From Sphaerodactylus townsendi (Eukaryota): a DNA stretch of 64,000 nucleotides. Below, one piece after another: positions 52,085 through 64,000 of this stretch (position 1 is its first letter; the number at the start of each line of letters is the position of its first letter). The DNA is taken from assembly GCF_021028975.2 (NCBI RefSeq), contig NC_059433.1, positions 60,078,001-60,142,000 of the forward strand, given 5' to 3'. The notes beneath the pieces are model-generated. The model was not told where the DNA came from, made no database searches, and saw only the letters and a list, made by a program, of their open reading frames with translations. The position numbers and the translations under genes are program-made.

Positions 52085-52745
52085 GGTGTGTTGTAAGGCC
52101 TCCCCATAGATCTATACAGTGGCATTATAATATCAGCCGATTCATTTTCAATCCTTTTTCTAATAACCCCCAAGACAGAGTTTGTGTTTTTCACTGCTCT
52201 AGCACACTGGCTTGACATTTTCACTGAGCTATATACTATTGCTCCAAGATCTTTTTCCTTCTCAGGGTCAGCAAATTCAGACCCCCATTAGCCTACACTT
52301 TAAGTTGGGATGTTTTTGTCCCAATTTGCATCACCATACACTTCCTAAATTTGAAATTCATTTGTCACACTGTTGCCCACACACCCAATTTGTGGAGATC
52401 CTTTTGGGGCTTTTCAGTCATCCTTGGATTTCACCATTCTAAATAGTTTTGTGTCCTCTGAAAACTGGCCATTGCATTATTCACTCCTAGTTCCAGATCA
52501 TTTATGAACCAATTAAACAGTTCCGGCACCAATACTGATCCCTGTGGAACCTCGCTACTTACTTCCCTCCATTGTGAATAATGTCCACCTGTTCCTATTG
52601 CTTCCTGTCATTTAACCAATTTTTAATCTGTAAGAAAACCCATCCTCTTAACTGCTATGACTGCTAAATTTACTAAGGAGTCTGATAAGGAACTTGTCAA
52701 AAATCTTTTGAAAGTCCAAATATGTGATATCTGCTGTGTCACATT
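52085..52745 (-). mobile_element. Older CR1 RT fragment
   Basis: DITYLDFQKIFDK and VPQGSVLVPELFNWFINDL motifs. Confidence 0.82.
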
Positions 52746-54029
52746 TTTACTTTCTCAAAAAAACAACAACAAAACCCCACATTGAACCCAGCCTCTGTAA
52801 CTAGAAGTAGGGGAAAACTTTACCTTAAGTGATTATGGCAGAAAAAGCCTCGTTACCTTTTGTTATTGCAAATAGGCGGTTAAACAGTTCTTGATACATC
52901 AGCTTTGAGATGAGATGAAGTTCCTGATGCCAAATCACAACAAATGTGGTTTCAGGTAATTTGGGCTTCTTGGTTTGACATTCAGAAAACTCCAGATACA
53001 GTTCAGATATTTGCTAATACCTACACCTGACAGAAGTATCAACTAAATGTTAAAATTACTTCAATATTTAGTTTAAACTGCTTTCCCTTTTTTGCAAATA
53101 CTGCTGCCAGTATTACTTTAACAAGGAGAAGGAGAATGTAAGTTTTCCCCAGTGAGGGTAAAACCATCTTAGCAAAGTCATTTTTTCCAGTGATAAAACA
53201 GTAGGAAAAGAAGGGGTCTCTCTCTCTCCCTCTCCTCCCCATTCCTCCATAAAAGAAAGTTATATAGCAAGAAAGCTACTATACAGAACAAGTAAAAGAA
53301 AGCTACTATACCGATGACATTCAAAATTAGATTTGTTCTCAGATCATAGCTCCCTTCAGGCACCCGTTAAGAATTTCAAGAACTGAATGCTGGAAATTGA
53401 AGAAAGCCAATCTCCACAAGAACACTGAGTGACGGTCTCCATCCGTTGGAAACAGATGAATTCCATCTGAATAGAGATCTAGGAATATGTTCACTGATGG
53501 TGTTAAAGGTTACACTGTTTGAACACTTCTTGATTCTTGGATTGGAAACCTTTATCATAATATCAGCAGCAGGGGTAGACAAGGAGGACAAGATAAGAGC
53601 CCTGCCTGCCCCCCTTTCCCCCAAGGAGGAGAATGGAAGTAGAATGAGCTTGCCCAGTCTTTTCCACCCCTCATGAGGCTGTGGCAGGAGCTCCCATCTG
53701 TCCTGCAAAGGGTAGGCAAGGGCCGCCTCTTGCTTGTGGCTGAAGTAATCCCAGGATTGGGCAGGGGGCAGTGTCTGCAAGCCACTAGCCTATGGGGACT
53801 TTCCCTGGTAGTGTTAATGGCCAATTTAGCCCTGATAAGCAATACATATTTAAAAGTAACATATTTGAAAAAACAACAACGCAGGTGCAAATTTATTCTT
53901 TATATTTAAAAAGGCAGTGATTTAGAATTTAAAATGTATTTACTAAAACCGTTTCTTCTTTTTGCAGTGGGGCATCAAATAAACAACGTGGCCTAGCAGC
54001 ATTAGAGTAGATTCAATATATGGTTTTCC

Positions 54030-55730
54030 ACACCATTGTGTTTAACATCTACATGAAACTGCAAGGGGAGGTCATCTGGGGATCTGGAGAAAGTTGCTGC
54101 AAATATGTGGATGATACCTAGTTCTACTTCTCCTGAGTATGAAGGTTCAGTTGTTTTCTGCAGCCCATAGCATCTTTTGTTATTTATTTATTTAATATAT
54201 TTTAATGCTGCCTCACAGTCTGCTGGCTGTGGTTTACAATTAACATGATACAACAATGTAAAAAGGCAAGCCATTGAACATTAGACACTTTATTAGCCTT
54301 GGCTGAAATGCCAACTATGGTGTTTCCTTGAAAAGCATAACTTAGCCATGGTGCTCCACAACCTGTTCACATTCAGGTTAGATTATTGTAACAGGTCTAC
54401 CTTTGGGGCTGCTACATGCGCCTGGCCTGAGGTTAAAAATGGTCCAGGACCTTTAACTGTTCCAAAATGCAGGAAAGCTATTGTTGGGAGTTGGTATGTC
54501 AGGAATTGTTTAACACCCTTGGTGTTATCAGCCCTGCACAAAGGATTCACATTGACAGCTCATCTGTTCTCAGGCACAGTGCTGCTTCTTACCTTTAAGG
54601 CCTTAATTGGTCTGAGGCCAGGGAGGGCAACGAGGATAATTGAGGGACTGGCATACCTTCCTTACAAGGAGAGGCTGCAGCTTTTGGGACTCTTTAGTTT
54701 GGAGAGTAGACGTCTGAGGGGAGATATGATTGAAGTCTATAAAATTATGCATGGGGTAGAAAATGTTGACAGAGAGACATTTTTTCTCTCTCTCACAATA
54801 CTAGAACCAAGGGGCATAAATTGAAATTGTTGGAGGGAAGAATTAGGACTAATAAAAGGAAACATTTCTTCACACAACACGTGATTGGCGTTTGAAATAT
54901 GCTGCCACAGGAGGTGGTGATGGCCACTAACCTGGATTGCTTTAAAAGGGTCTTGGGCAGATTTATGGAGGAGAAGTCGATCTCTATGGCTACCAATCTT
55001 GATCCTCCTTGATCTGAGATTGCAAATGCCTTAGCAGACCAGGTGCTCAGGAGCAGCAGCAGGAGGAGGCCATTGCTTTCACATCCTGCCTGTGAACTCC
55101 CAAAGGCACCTGGTGGGCCACTGCGACTAGCAGAATGCTGGACTAGATGGACTCTGGTCTGATCCAGCAGGCTAGTTCTTATGTTCTTATGATTGGCATT
55201 TGGAATATGCTGCCACAGGAGGTGGTGATGGCCACTAACCTGGGTTGCTTTAAAAGGGTCTTGGACAGATTTATGGAGGAGAAGTCGATCTCTATGGCTA
55301 CCAATCTTGATCCTCCTTGATCTGAGATTGCAAATGCCTTAGTAGACCAGGTGCTCGGGAGCAGCAGCAGCAAAAGGCCACTGCTTTTACATCCCCCATG
55401 TGAGCTCCCAAAGGCACCTGGTGGGCCACTGCGAGTAGCAGAGTGCTGGACTAGATGGACTCTGGTCTGATCCAGCAGGCTCTTTCTTATGTTCTTATGA
55501 ACCTGAAGGACCACCTCCTCCCATACTGTCCATCCTGTCAACAAAGATCTGCCTCTCACGCCCTGCTCTGTGTGTCCCTACCTTCAATGGTGAGACAGGT
55601 GTCAATAAGAGGGAGGGCAGTTTCAGTTGTGGCACATTGTGTTTGGAGTACCCTTCTCCAGGAAGCTTGCCTGGTACCTACCAGAGTACCAGTGAGGCAT
55701 CAGGCCAAAACATGTATTTTATCTAGGCTT
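54030..55730 (+). mobile_element. Old L2 fragment split by CR1 insertions
   Basis: YVDDT, RLDYCN and LLTFKALIGL before 54620; resumes as LKDHLLPY...RS...RGRAVSVVA..VWSTL after 55500. Confidence 0.75.
54622..55499 (+). mobile_element. Two tandem CR1 3' ends (about 54622-55189 and 55190-55499)
   Basis: RATRIIEGL...RRLRGDMIEVYKIMHG; each copy ends in (TTCTTATG)2. Confidence 0.92.
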
Positions 55731-56163
55731 AAAAAAATTCTTTTTAGCTCTTTTATATTATCATCATCAGATATGTTGTCTGATATCTGTTTATGGATAT
55801 CTTTATGTCCCCAGTGGCTTGTTTTTTTAAAAAATGGCTTGTTGTATATTGGTAACTTAGTGCTTCTCCTTGCAAGCTAAACTTGAACAGAATGCTGATT
55901 CTGTGGCATTAAAAAAGTTCTAAAATAACTAAATAATATTACAGCAGCACTGATGAAGCTGGGGCTGCTTATCAGTTTATTCAGGCTATAATGTAAATGC
56001 ATGACAATACTGAGATGTCCTGAGTGGATTTGTTGCATACAGGATTTGGAACTCATGCTAACCGTCAAACTTTGGAGTCCTCCACTGGGCAAACTGGGCA
56101 AATCTAGGAGCAAGTATACTGTCAAGATCTGGCCTGTTCCGGCCCGATTCTGTCATGTCTCCT

Positions 56164-57217
56164 ATTCATAAATGACCTGGAAGTAGGGGTGGGTAGCGTG
56201 GTGGCCAAGTTTGCAGATGATACCAAATTATGTAGGGTGGTGAGAACCACAAAGGATTGCGAAGAGCTCCAAGCGGACCTTGATAAATTAGGTGAGTGGG
56301 CTCAGAAATGGCAAATGCAGTTCAATGTAGCAAAATGTAAAGTGATGCACATAGGGGCAAAAAATCCAAACTTCACATACACGCTACAGGGGTCAGTTCT
56401 ATCAGTCACAGACCAGGAAAGGGATTTGGGCATCTTAGTTGATAGTTCCATGGGAATGTCAACTCAATGCATGGCAGCTGTGAAAAAGGCAAACTCTATG
56501 CTGGGGATCATTAGAAAAGGAATTGATAATAAAACTGCAAAGATTGTCATGCCGTTATATAAAGCAGTGGTGCGACCGCACTTGGAGTACTGTGTTCAGT
56601 TCTGGTCGCCGCATCTCAAAAAGGATATTGAGGAGATAGAAAAAGTGCAGAGAAGGGCAACAAGGATGATTGAGGGACTGGAGCACCTTCCCTATGAGGA
56701 GAGGCTGCAGCGTTTGGGACTCTTTAGTTTGGAGAGGAGACGGCTGAGGGGGGATATGATTGAAGTCTACAAAATTATGCATGGGGTAGAAAATGTTGAC
56801 AGAGAGAAATTTTTCTCTCTTTCTCACAATACTAAAACCAGGGGGCATTCATTGAAAATGCTGGGGGGAAGAATTAGGACTAATAAAAGGAAACACTTCT
56901 TCACGCAACGTGTGATTGGTGTTTGGAATATGCTGCCACAGGAGGTGGTGATGGCCACTAACCTGGGTTGCTTTAAAAGGGGCTTGGACAGATTGATGGA
57001 GGAGAAGTCGATCTATGGCTACCAATCTTGATCCTCTTTGATCTGAGATTGCAAATGCCTTAACAGACCAGGTGATCGGGAGCAACAGCCGCAGAAGGCC
57101 ATTGCTTTCACATCCTACATGTGAGCTCCCAAAGGCACCTGGTGGGCCACTGCGAGTAGCAGAGAGCTGGACTAGATGGACTTTGGTCTGATCCAGCTGG
57201 CTTGTTCTTATGTTCTT
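56164..57217 (+). mobile_element. Young 5'-truncated CR1 LINE with uninterrupted ORF2 C-terminus (56189-57031)
   Basis: FINDLE..KFADDTKL...RPHLEYCVQFWSP; (TTCTTATG)2 tail; direct repeat ATGTCTCCT at 56155-56163 and 57218-57226. Confidence 0.95.
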
Positions 57218-57246
57218 ATGTCTCCTGGCTGGGATCCTTTCTCTGG

Positions 57247-57387
57247 GGCCCCTTCCGCACACGCAAAATAATGCGTTTTCAAACCACTTTCACAACTGTT
57301 TGCAAGTGGATTTTGCTATTCCGCACAGCTTCAAAGAGAACTGAAAGCAGTTTGAAAGTGCATTATTCTGCATGTGCGGAATGAGCC
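57247..57387. mobile_element. PIF/Harbinger-type MITE with 3-bp TSD (TGG)
   Basis: GGCCCCTTCCGCACA...TGTGCGGAATGAGCC; homolog of 39377-39527. Confidence 0.8.
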
Positions 57388-58191
57388 TGGGACTGCTTTC
57401 TGTTGCTTGTTTGTTAGTTTCACTTTTAGGAAGGCTAATCTGCTCATTAGACCCCTGCTGGCTTCTGCATTTCAAAGTGTTGAGGTGTGTGGGCTGTTTT
57501 GCTCTAGTGGAGGTCGTGCTTTCTCCTTCACATGAGACTGAAAGGGTACTGTTCCCCCTTAGGAGTTGGGACTGATGGGCAGTGTTATGTGACACAGAAA
57601 GGGGGGTGGGAAACAGAGAGTGATATAATGGAAGCTGTTTTGCCACTTAATCCTTAGTTCTGTCAATGGAAGTCTGAATGCTCAATTCTGATGCTGTTTT
57701 CAATAAAAGAAACTGTCTGAACAAAAAGTCTCATTATTGAACAGTCCAGAGACACGAGGCATACATCATACTATAGCACCATACTGAAAATGCACACGGC
57801 ATATAACTTTCCATGTACATCATTTTTATGTTCTTAACTCTTCATAAGAAATTGGAACTTATTATTCTATAAGAACTGCTGCTGCTTTCACATACAGGTG
57901 ATTTCTTTTGTTATATGTACACTGAGATGCTTCTGTAGCAACAGGCCCAAAGGGAATAAAGGCCAAGTGGCAGATGGTAGAATAAACCGCAACCAGCTAA
58001 TGAGAGGTAGAAAGGGGGAAAAATAGCAAAAGTAAAATAAAAAAAGATATATTCTTGATTGTGGCATAATTCTTCAAAAAAATCATATCCGCAGCTATAA
58101 CTTTCTCTACAGTTTCACATCTATTCAGTTTTCTGGACAATAAAGTGGTTACACTGCTTGCTATTCAACTTTAGGTTATTTTTTTACTTAC

Positions 58192-58282
58192 CACACCATT
58201 TCACTTTCCAGTTACGATTAGCATCTACACCATGGCAGTGGAACCCTGAATTGTTTGATCTTGTTTTCCTCCAAAATCGATC
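58192..58282 (-). CDS. CPA6: CPA6 coding exon 8
   Basis: [30 protein letters not shown] plus 1 nt; 91 bp; substrate-binding WRKTR and NRN motifs; CAG/GTAAGT; not in the ORF track. Confidence 0.96.
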
Positions 58283-58446
58283 CTGGCCATAAATGTTTAG
58301 TGCAGGAAAATACAATATACAGAGAGGTAAGACAGTATCACACATATTAAACAAATCCTTCTAAAGATAGCCCATGAATTATTTAATCTTTCTTGCAAAC
58401 ATGCAAGGAGACAAACATACTGACATTCAAAATACTGGACTAGAAG

Positions 58447-58697
58447 TGCAAACCTAAAAACACTTTTCTGGGAGTAAGCCTCACTGATTTGACCTGACGA
58501 GAAGCTGGAATATGCCTGGATTGCTTTTTAATAGTGCCATTTTAAGCAGCATTACATCTGTCTGAGCCGAATGACTTAGCCCAACTCTACTCAGACTGAT
58601 ATTGTTGCAGTGCCATTCTATGCAGATCTATTTAGAATCCTACTAAAATGTATTCAGTGGAGTTTACTCCTAGGAAAGCACTGGCTGGATTGTACTG
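58447..58697. repeat. Three adjacent short palindromic MITE remnants
   Basis: Units start GTGCAAACCT (58447), AGTGCCATTTT (about 58533) and CAGTGCCATTCT (58608); the first and third end in GGATTG. Confidence 0.55.
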
Positions 58698-58741
58698 TGA
58701 GTTACACATATGTGAGGGACATTAATATTTTAATTACTTAC

Positions 58742-58852
58742 ATGGGTCCAGCTAAACTGATATCCATCCACATTAAAAATAGGCATGATGTAGAAATATA
58801 GTTGCTTTAGCATTCTTCTCATGGCTGGGTCAGTTTGATATGTTTGGAGAAC
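58742..58852 (-). CDS. CPA6: CPA6 coding exon 7
   Basis: [37 protein letters not shown]; 111 bp; CAG/GTAAGT; not in the ORF track. Confidence 0.96.
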
Positions 58853-59639
58853 CTGGAAAGGGACATAAAGTGAAAGTACCATAATATTTGTAATTTGAAA
58901 ACCTTAAAGATTTTGTGCTACTCACATGACTTATTGACTCTGTTTCCATCGTAGTAAGTTATTTTCCAAAAACTTTGTTGGATTCCCCTCAATGTGAATT
59001 GAGTTTCAAGCTACCTTCTTCCCACATTTCTCATATGCTTATATTGTCTGTCTGAAGCCAAACTATACGTGGCACAGGAGATTCTAATTATACAACTCTA
59101 GCAGGTTGTTTTTTAACAGAAACATCAATTAGCAGACCAACATGGAAAAGGAAAAGACACTATGGAAGAGAGCATTTAGCCTTTTCCTTCCATGCCGCTT
59201 CTAAAATTTACATAGTGCCTTTGATGCTGCTAATCAGCTCTGTTGGATGAAAAAGACAAGTAATATGTTTTCACCAAATCTGATTATAGATTTAGGGGGA
59301 CTTTTTAAATTAAGGAAAACACATGGGAACAAAGGGTAAAACACTCCCTTTCCTAGCAATCCTTTATTTTCAAAAAATCACTGCTAATTATCTTTAAAAA
59401 CTGTAGAAGACCTTATTATAGGATGTCTAATCTAGTTTATTTTTAATGCCACTTTTTAAATCCCACTTTCAACCCTAAAAGAGTCTCCAATGAAGCTCAC
59501 ATAAATGTCACTGGATAAAAACAGTCAACTACAAATAATTTCCACAATTAAAAAGCCCACTTTAAGTGGGTATCTCTACTAAACAATATAATAAAACAAA
59601 CAGAACAAAAACTAAATGCTAAATGGGTGGATCTCACAC

Positions 59640-59843
59640 AACACATGAAAATCAAGCTTTACACTTGTTAACAGGCAAATGGTTCTTTCTCCCACCCTGG
59701 ACATTCCACAGGTATATATACACTCCACTTGCTGTACTACCATCAGATCCTCTGAAAATGCCGGCCACAGATGCAGACAAAACGTCAGGAGAAAATGCTA
59801 CTAGAACATGGCCATACAGCCCGGAAACCACACAACACCCCAG
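59640..59843 (+). mobile_element. Penelope-like terminal repeat with decayed hammerhead (59748-59790)
   Basis: TCCT-CTGAAAA-TGCC..GAC-AAAA-CGTC-AGGA, followed by the same downstream sequence as the 44288 copy. Confidence 0.78.
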
Positions 59844-60117
59844 TATCATTTTAACTAGGTCCAGTTGACCAAATCCTTCTTTCATGTTTTCTCAAATGCT
59901 GGAAAGGCAAGTAGAGTCCTGGGCTTTAGAGGAAAACTGTTCAGTCTGTGGGTGGAAACAGCTCCTTGCAAGATAAGATAGCAAAAAAATGCTGCTGTGT
60001 GGCACATACTTTTGCACATGGAAGATGTGGTCCCCTAAATAAAGGTCCTAGGTCATGAAGGGCTTTGGAAAGGGTCAGCAATGTGAACTGAGCAACAGAT
60101 GACCAACCAGTGGGGAT

Positions 60118-60643
60118 GGCCCTTTCCACATGGGTGGAATATGGCGGCCTGGGGACGGCAAAAAAGCCATCCCTAGGCCGCCATTCGCACAGGGAGCGCA
60201 GCTGCAGCGCAGCCGTGCCGCCCTCGCGCTGCCTGACCGGCGCCAAGCCGGCGTTTCCAGAGTGCGCTGGGAAGCGCACTTTCTTGGAAACGCCGGCTGG
60301 AAGCCGCTGCCGTGCGAACGGCAGTGGCTTTCAGGTGCTTCCCCCCCCCCACTCCCTCCCTCCACTTACCTGCTCTCCGGCCCTCCGGCGCATCGCCGAG
60401 GCCTGGGGACACGCCCCCCTGCTCTGCGATGCTGAAGCAGGCGCGCAGGGCAGGGGTGGTGTGTCCCCAGGCCCCGGTGATGCGCCGGAGGGCCGGAGAG
60501 CAGGTGAGTCCACCGGGCGATGGCGCCCAGCGGCGCCGTCTTCCCGGTTCTTTCTGGGACCGTCCATGCGGATGGTCCCGGCGTCGTCGGGTCGGCGTCA
60601 GTAATGCCGACCCAAGCCCTTCCGCCTCCGTGCGGAAAGGGCC
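60118..60643. mobile_element. GC-rich PIF/Harbinger-type MITE with 3-bp TSD (GAT)
   Basis: TIRs GGCCCTTTCCACATGG / CCGTGCGGAAAGGGCC; large internal hairpin at about 60365-60510. Confidence 0.85.
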
Positions 60644-61157
60644 GATGTTTCAAAATCTGTATAACCCAAAAGACAGGATGCCACATTTTGTACCAACAGA
60701 AGCTTTCAAGTGGTCTTTGCATACAGCATTATAGTTCCATAGTCACATCCCATAGTCACATGGAGCAGTGTGGCCAGAACTGCTGAATGTAGAAGCAAAG
60801 ACAATGCCCATTACAAATGTAATTGGTCAAAGGAACTCTCTGACACTATCACCAATATATCTAAGGCTTAATGTGTCCCACCTGTGGATACTTATATCTA
60901 GAGATTGTGATCATGGTCAGACAAGGGAGATCTTTCTGCAAACCTGACAAAAGCCCTAGCTTTGCTGAGAAATCTAAAATCTTTTTTAAAAACCCTTTAG
61001 GATTAAACCCAACTGATAGAAGCAGCATCTGTAACTTTAAGAAACAGTGGCTGTTGCTAAGCAGCCACAACCATATTTTTAGCCTTCAAATCTTGTTTTC
61101 TGGCAGTTAGGCAGCGAGCATACACCTCTTTTGACAGAACATTTATTGGGAACAGGC

Positions 61158-61345
61158 TAGCCAGCAACTAGCATATTTTAGACAATGCTCTGAGGAACCC
61201 AGATCTGAATCTCCACTCTGCTGTGGAATCGCACTGGGTAGTCTAGCGCCTGTCACACACTCTCAGCCTAGCCTACCTCAGAGGGTTGTTGTGAGGAAAA
61301 ATGGAGGAGAGGAGAATGATGTAAGCTGCTTTTCCTGTTGAAGAA
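61158..61345 (+). mobile_element. Older tRNA SINE
   Basis: CTCTCAGCCTAGCCTACCTCAGAGGGTTGTTGTGAGG core. Confidence 0.55.
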
Positions 61346-64000
61346 AGATGGTGTATATGTGAAATATATAAACAGTAAAGATAACTGAAGAAGGGGATAG
61401 ATAAAAGGAAGGTTGGCTGGTGGGTGGGTGGGTGGGAAGAAGGAAACAGAAGAAATTGAGTAGCCCGATGCAAGCCGTTACAGGTTCCTCCCAGTGCAAC
61501 TGAACCCAGGCTGCTGTCACCACACACCTTGGCTCAGCCCAGTGGCTGGCACTTAGCAACTGGACCAGACTTCTTCCAGGGGGATTGAGGGAGGGAACAT
61601 TTTTTAAAAATAGTTTTAGTACGGCTAAAGGTCAGTAAAAAAAAAAAAAAGGGGGGGGAACCAACACACATCCATAACAGCAGATTACAACAATTATTAA
61701 ACAACTAATTAGTTGAATAAATATTTGACTTTCAGTTCGTTCTCTGGCTAAGTAGGACCTTGAGTTTTTTATAAGCTAATGCAGAAAACAATATTATGGT
61801 TCTGATAAACATTAATTAAAAATGTGGGATCCTCTCTTTACTGCATTATATATTTTAACCTAAAACAATTCCCATTTGTAAGTAAAATTACTAGGAGGTG
61901 ACAGTCTTAATGGATTCAGGAGTATATGTGCTCTGCTGATTAATAATTATACAGGAGTCAAGTCTGATTATTGTCACTGGAAAATTTCCTCTGCACTATA
62001 AGCTATTGCAGTGATACTTCTCACCACCTTCATGTTTGTTGTATCCAAACAACCATCTGTGTTGGTTATTCTGAATGAAATTAATTTATTGCAGGTGGAA
62101 CTGAAAACAGAGCATAATGATCACACAAAATTTATGTAATGTCAAATGACATTTAAAACCATGGTCTCAAAGCAAATTAGATGCAATTTACTTATAGTTA
62201 CAAAAGAGCACACAGCACGCCTCATTGTGGTGATGGCCAGGTACTGCATCCTTGTCTTGTACAAACTCACAAAATAACTTCTTGATTAACAAAGATTTGT
62301 CTGAAGTGGACTAGAAATTGAGGCAGTCTAGTTACTTCCCATCTCTTTCAGCAGGAACCTCCACAAATTTGCGCTCTAAAGATTAACATATAAAATTGTG
62401 CAATAAATGGTATATAAACAAAAAAGGTATTCCAGTCTAGAACAAGTTGTCAGTAAAACAAATGGGTTCAGAAAATACAATCTAATTACATATCATTTCC
62501 ACTTTCTTTGACTTTCTTTACTAAATTAGATTTAGAACAGTATTTTCCTTTAGTTGTTCCAGATTTCCCATGTAGTAAAATCTATTCACAGAATATTTCT
62601 CCAAGAACAATTAACCAGGCCAAAATCCTCAATAACCAGTGACCTACTTCCAATGCCCTTGATGCTTAATCAAGGCTAAATGACAACCTCTACAAATCTT
62701 CAATTACACAGGGACAAGTAATGAATTTGGTAAAAGAATTTAAAAGATTTGGTCACTCAAATTTGGACATTATAACTCAGTAATTTCAAGCAAAAAAGGT
62801 ACATTGTGTGTACAGATAACGCAATTTGCACTAAGGTATTCTTAGGGGAAAACATGATAAAAGTAGGTTTGGGCTTAAATTAAGTACAGGACTAGAAAGG
62901 GTCCTAAGTATATAATAAATGTATGTCCTTTTTCTTTTGTCATCCATTAAGTTTTAGGATAGGGTTCTACAATCTCTGTGTTACTTCATTAAGCATGTAA
63001 GATCTGTCATGTGAACTTGTGACAAACTAGTTGTCCATCTAAACCATCATTCCATTTTCTACAATAATTCTAAATGGGTAGAAATACTAGTCAGTACCGG
63101 CAAAATAAAACTGGAGTCTAGAGACTCCTTAAAGTCGAACAGCAAGTATTCTAGAATAAGCTTTCATAAGTCAGAAACACAGATGTGTGAAGTGCATTAC
63201 ACTAAAATATTTGTACTCAAAGCTGCAGGCAACACAAAGGTGTCTGTGGGGGAAAGTAGATTTAAAACCATGTCCAATTTAAAAAATCCATTCAGAGCGG
63301 ATATTGCTACTTCCAATGGTTTGGCAAAATAGCATTAACCCAAAGTAAGTCTCGTGCAGGGGGAAGTATGACATACAGATGTATAATGTGCAAATCCAAG
63401 CATATAGAGACATGGCTGAACCAATTAATATCTGCAAAGGGGAATGTGCTAAAAACCCAAAAAACTCCTATAGTGAATGAGAAGTGTCAGATCCTTATTA
63501 AAACCTGACTCATACATAGTGTTAAACTTCTGGATGAATATTAATACAGTAATTTTTCACTGGTGTCTCCCTTTGAAGTCCTTCTGTAGGAGAATATCCT
63601 AGCCCATCCAATCTTCGATTAATAGACATTGGTGAGCTGTTCTCCAATATTCTATTAACAGAATCTGGCCCAAAAAGGTAGATTAAATAGATATTGCTTA
63701 GAGAAGCAAACTTTCTGAAATGTTGCTGCCATAAAAACAAATACTCGTAATAGTATCCACCACTCCCATCAGCCCAAAAATACTTCAGGAGGTTCCTGTC
63801 TGCTTAGCACATTAAAAAAGAGGGATTTAGAAATGAGAGTAATTTATGCTTGTGCAGTCTCTTCAGCAGACTTTGCCTTCTGATTTGCCCTTAATCTGAA
63901 TTCACCAAGAAGTACTGGATCAAGACATCAGCCAGCCTCTATGATGGTGGAACAGTGAGGTACACTGGGATGAATGGGTCCATTTTGGTCTTATCTATAT

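Noticed and set aside
56189-57031. 280-aa ORF as a domesticated gene
   Set aside because: 5'-truncated CR1 ORF2 with tail and TSD; intactness is explained by young age
58495-58510. CTGACGA hammerhead-like box
   Set aside because: No stem II, GAAA or stem I in the right arrangement
58900-64000. CPA6 exon 6 (HAREW motif)
   Set aside because: No matching sequence found; the GAATGGAT at about 63290 is not in a coding context

Overview
Vertebrate genomic DNA, not prokaryotic. The repeat content (Squam3-like SINEs with GAA tails, CR1 with TTCTTATG tails, Penelope and DIRS elements) points to a squamate reptile, probably a gecko; this is an inference. Two host genes lie on the minus strand in the same order as human 8q13. 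CPA6 (carboxypeptidase A6) contributes its last five coding exons (58852-58742, 58282-58192, 48958-48756, 44707-44623, 41114-40927), all GT-AG and in phase. ARFGEF1 (BIG1) contributes its CpG-island promoter and first coding exon (23268-23145); its intron 1 runs off the left edge. The rest is intron or intergenic DNA rich in transposable elements: a young DIRS1-type retroelement (gag, RT, RNase H, methyltransferase-like domain) truncated by the window start, CR1 and L2 LINEs, two R4/Dong 3' ends in a microsatellite, a non-autonomous Helitron, hAT (including SPIN-type), PIF/Harbinger and Tc2 MITEs, SINEs, and Penelope repeats with decayed minimal hammerhead motifs. I found no convincing new protein-coding system. 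The best leads are a Cys/His-rich uORF in frame with ARFGEF1, one internal module carried by two transposon superfamilies, the hammerhead motifs, and the near-intact dual-frame DIRS pol that the ORF track missed. Repeat family names come from motif recognition, not database searches.
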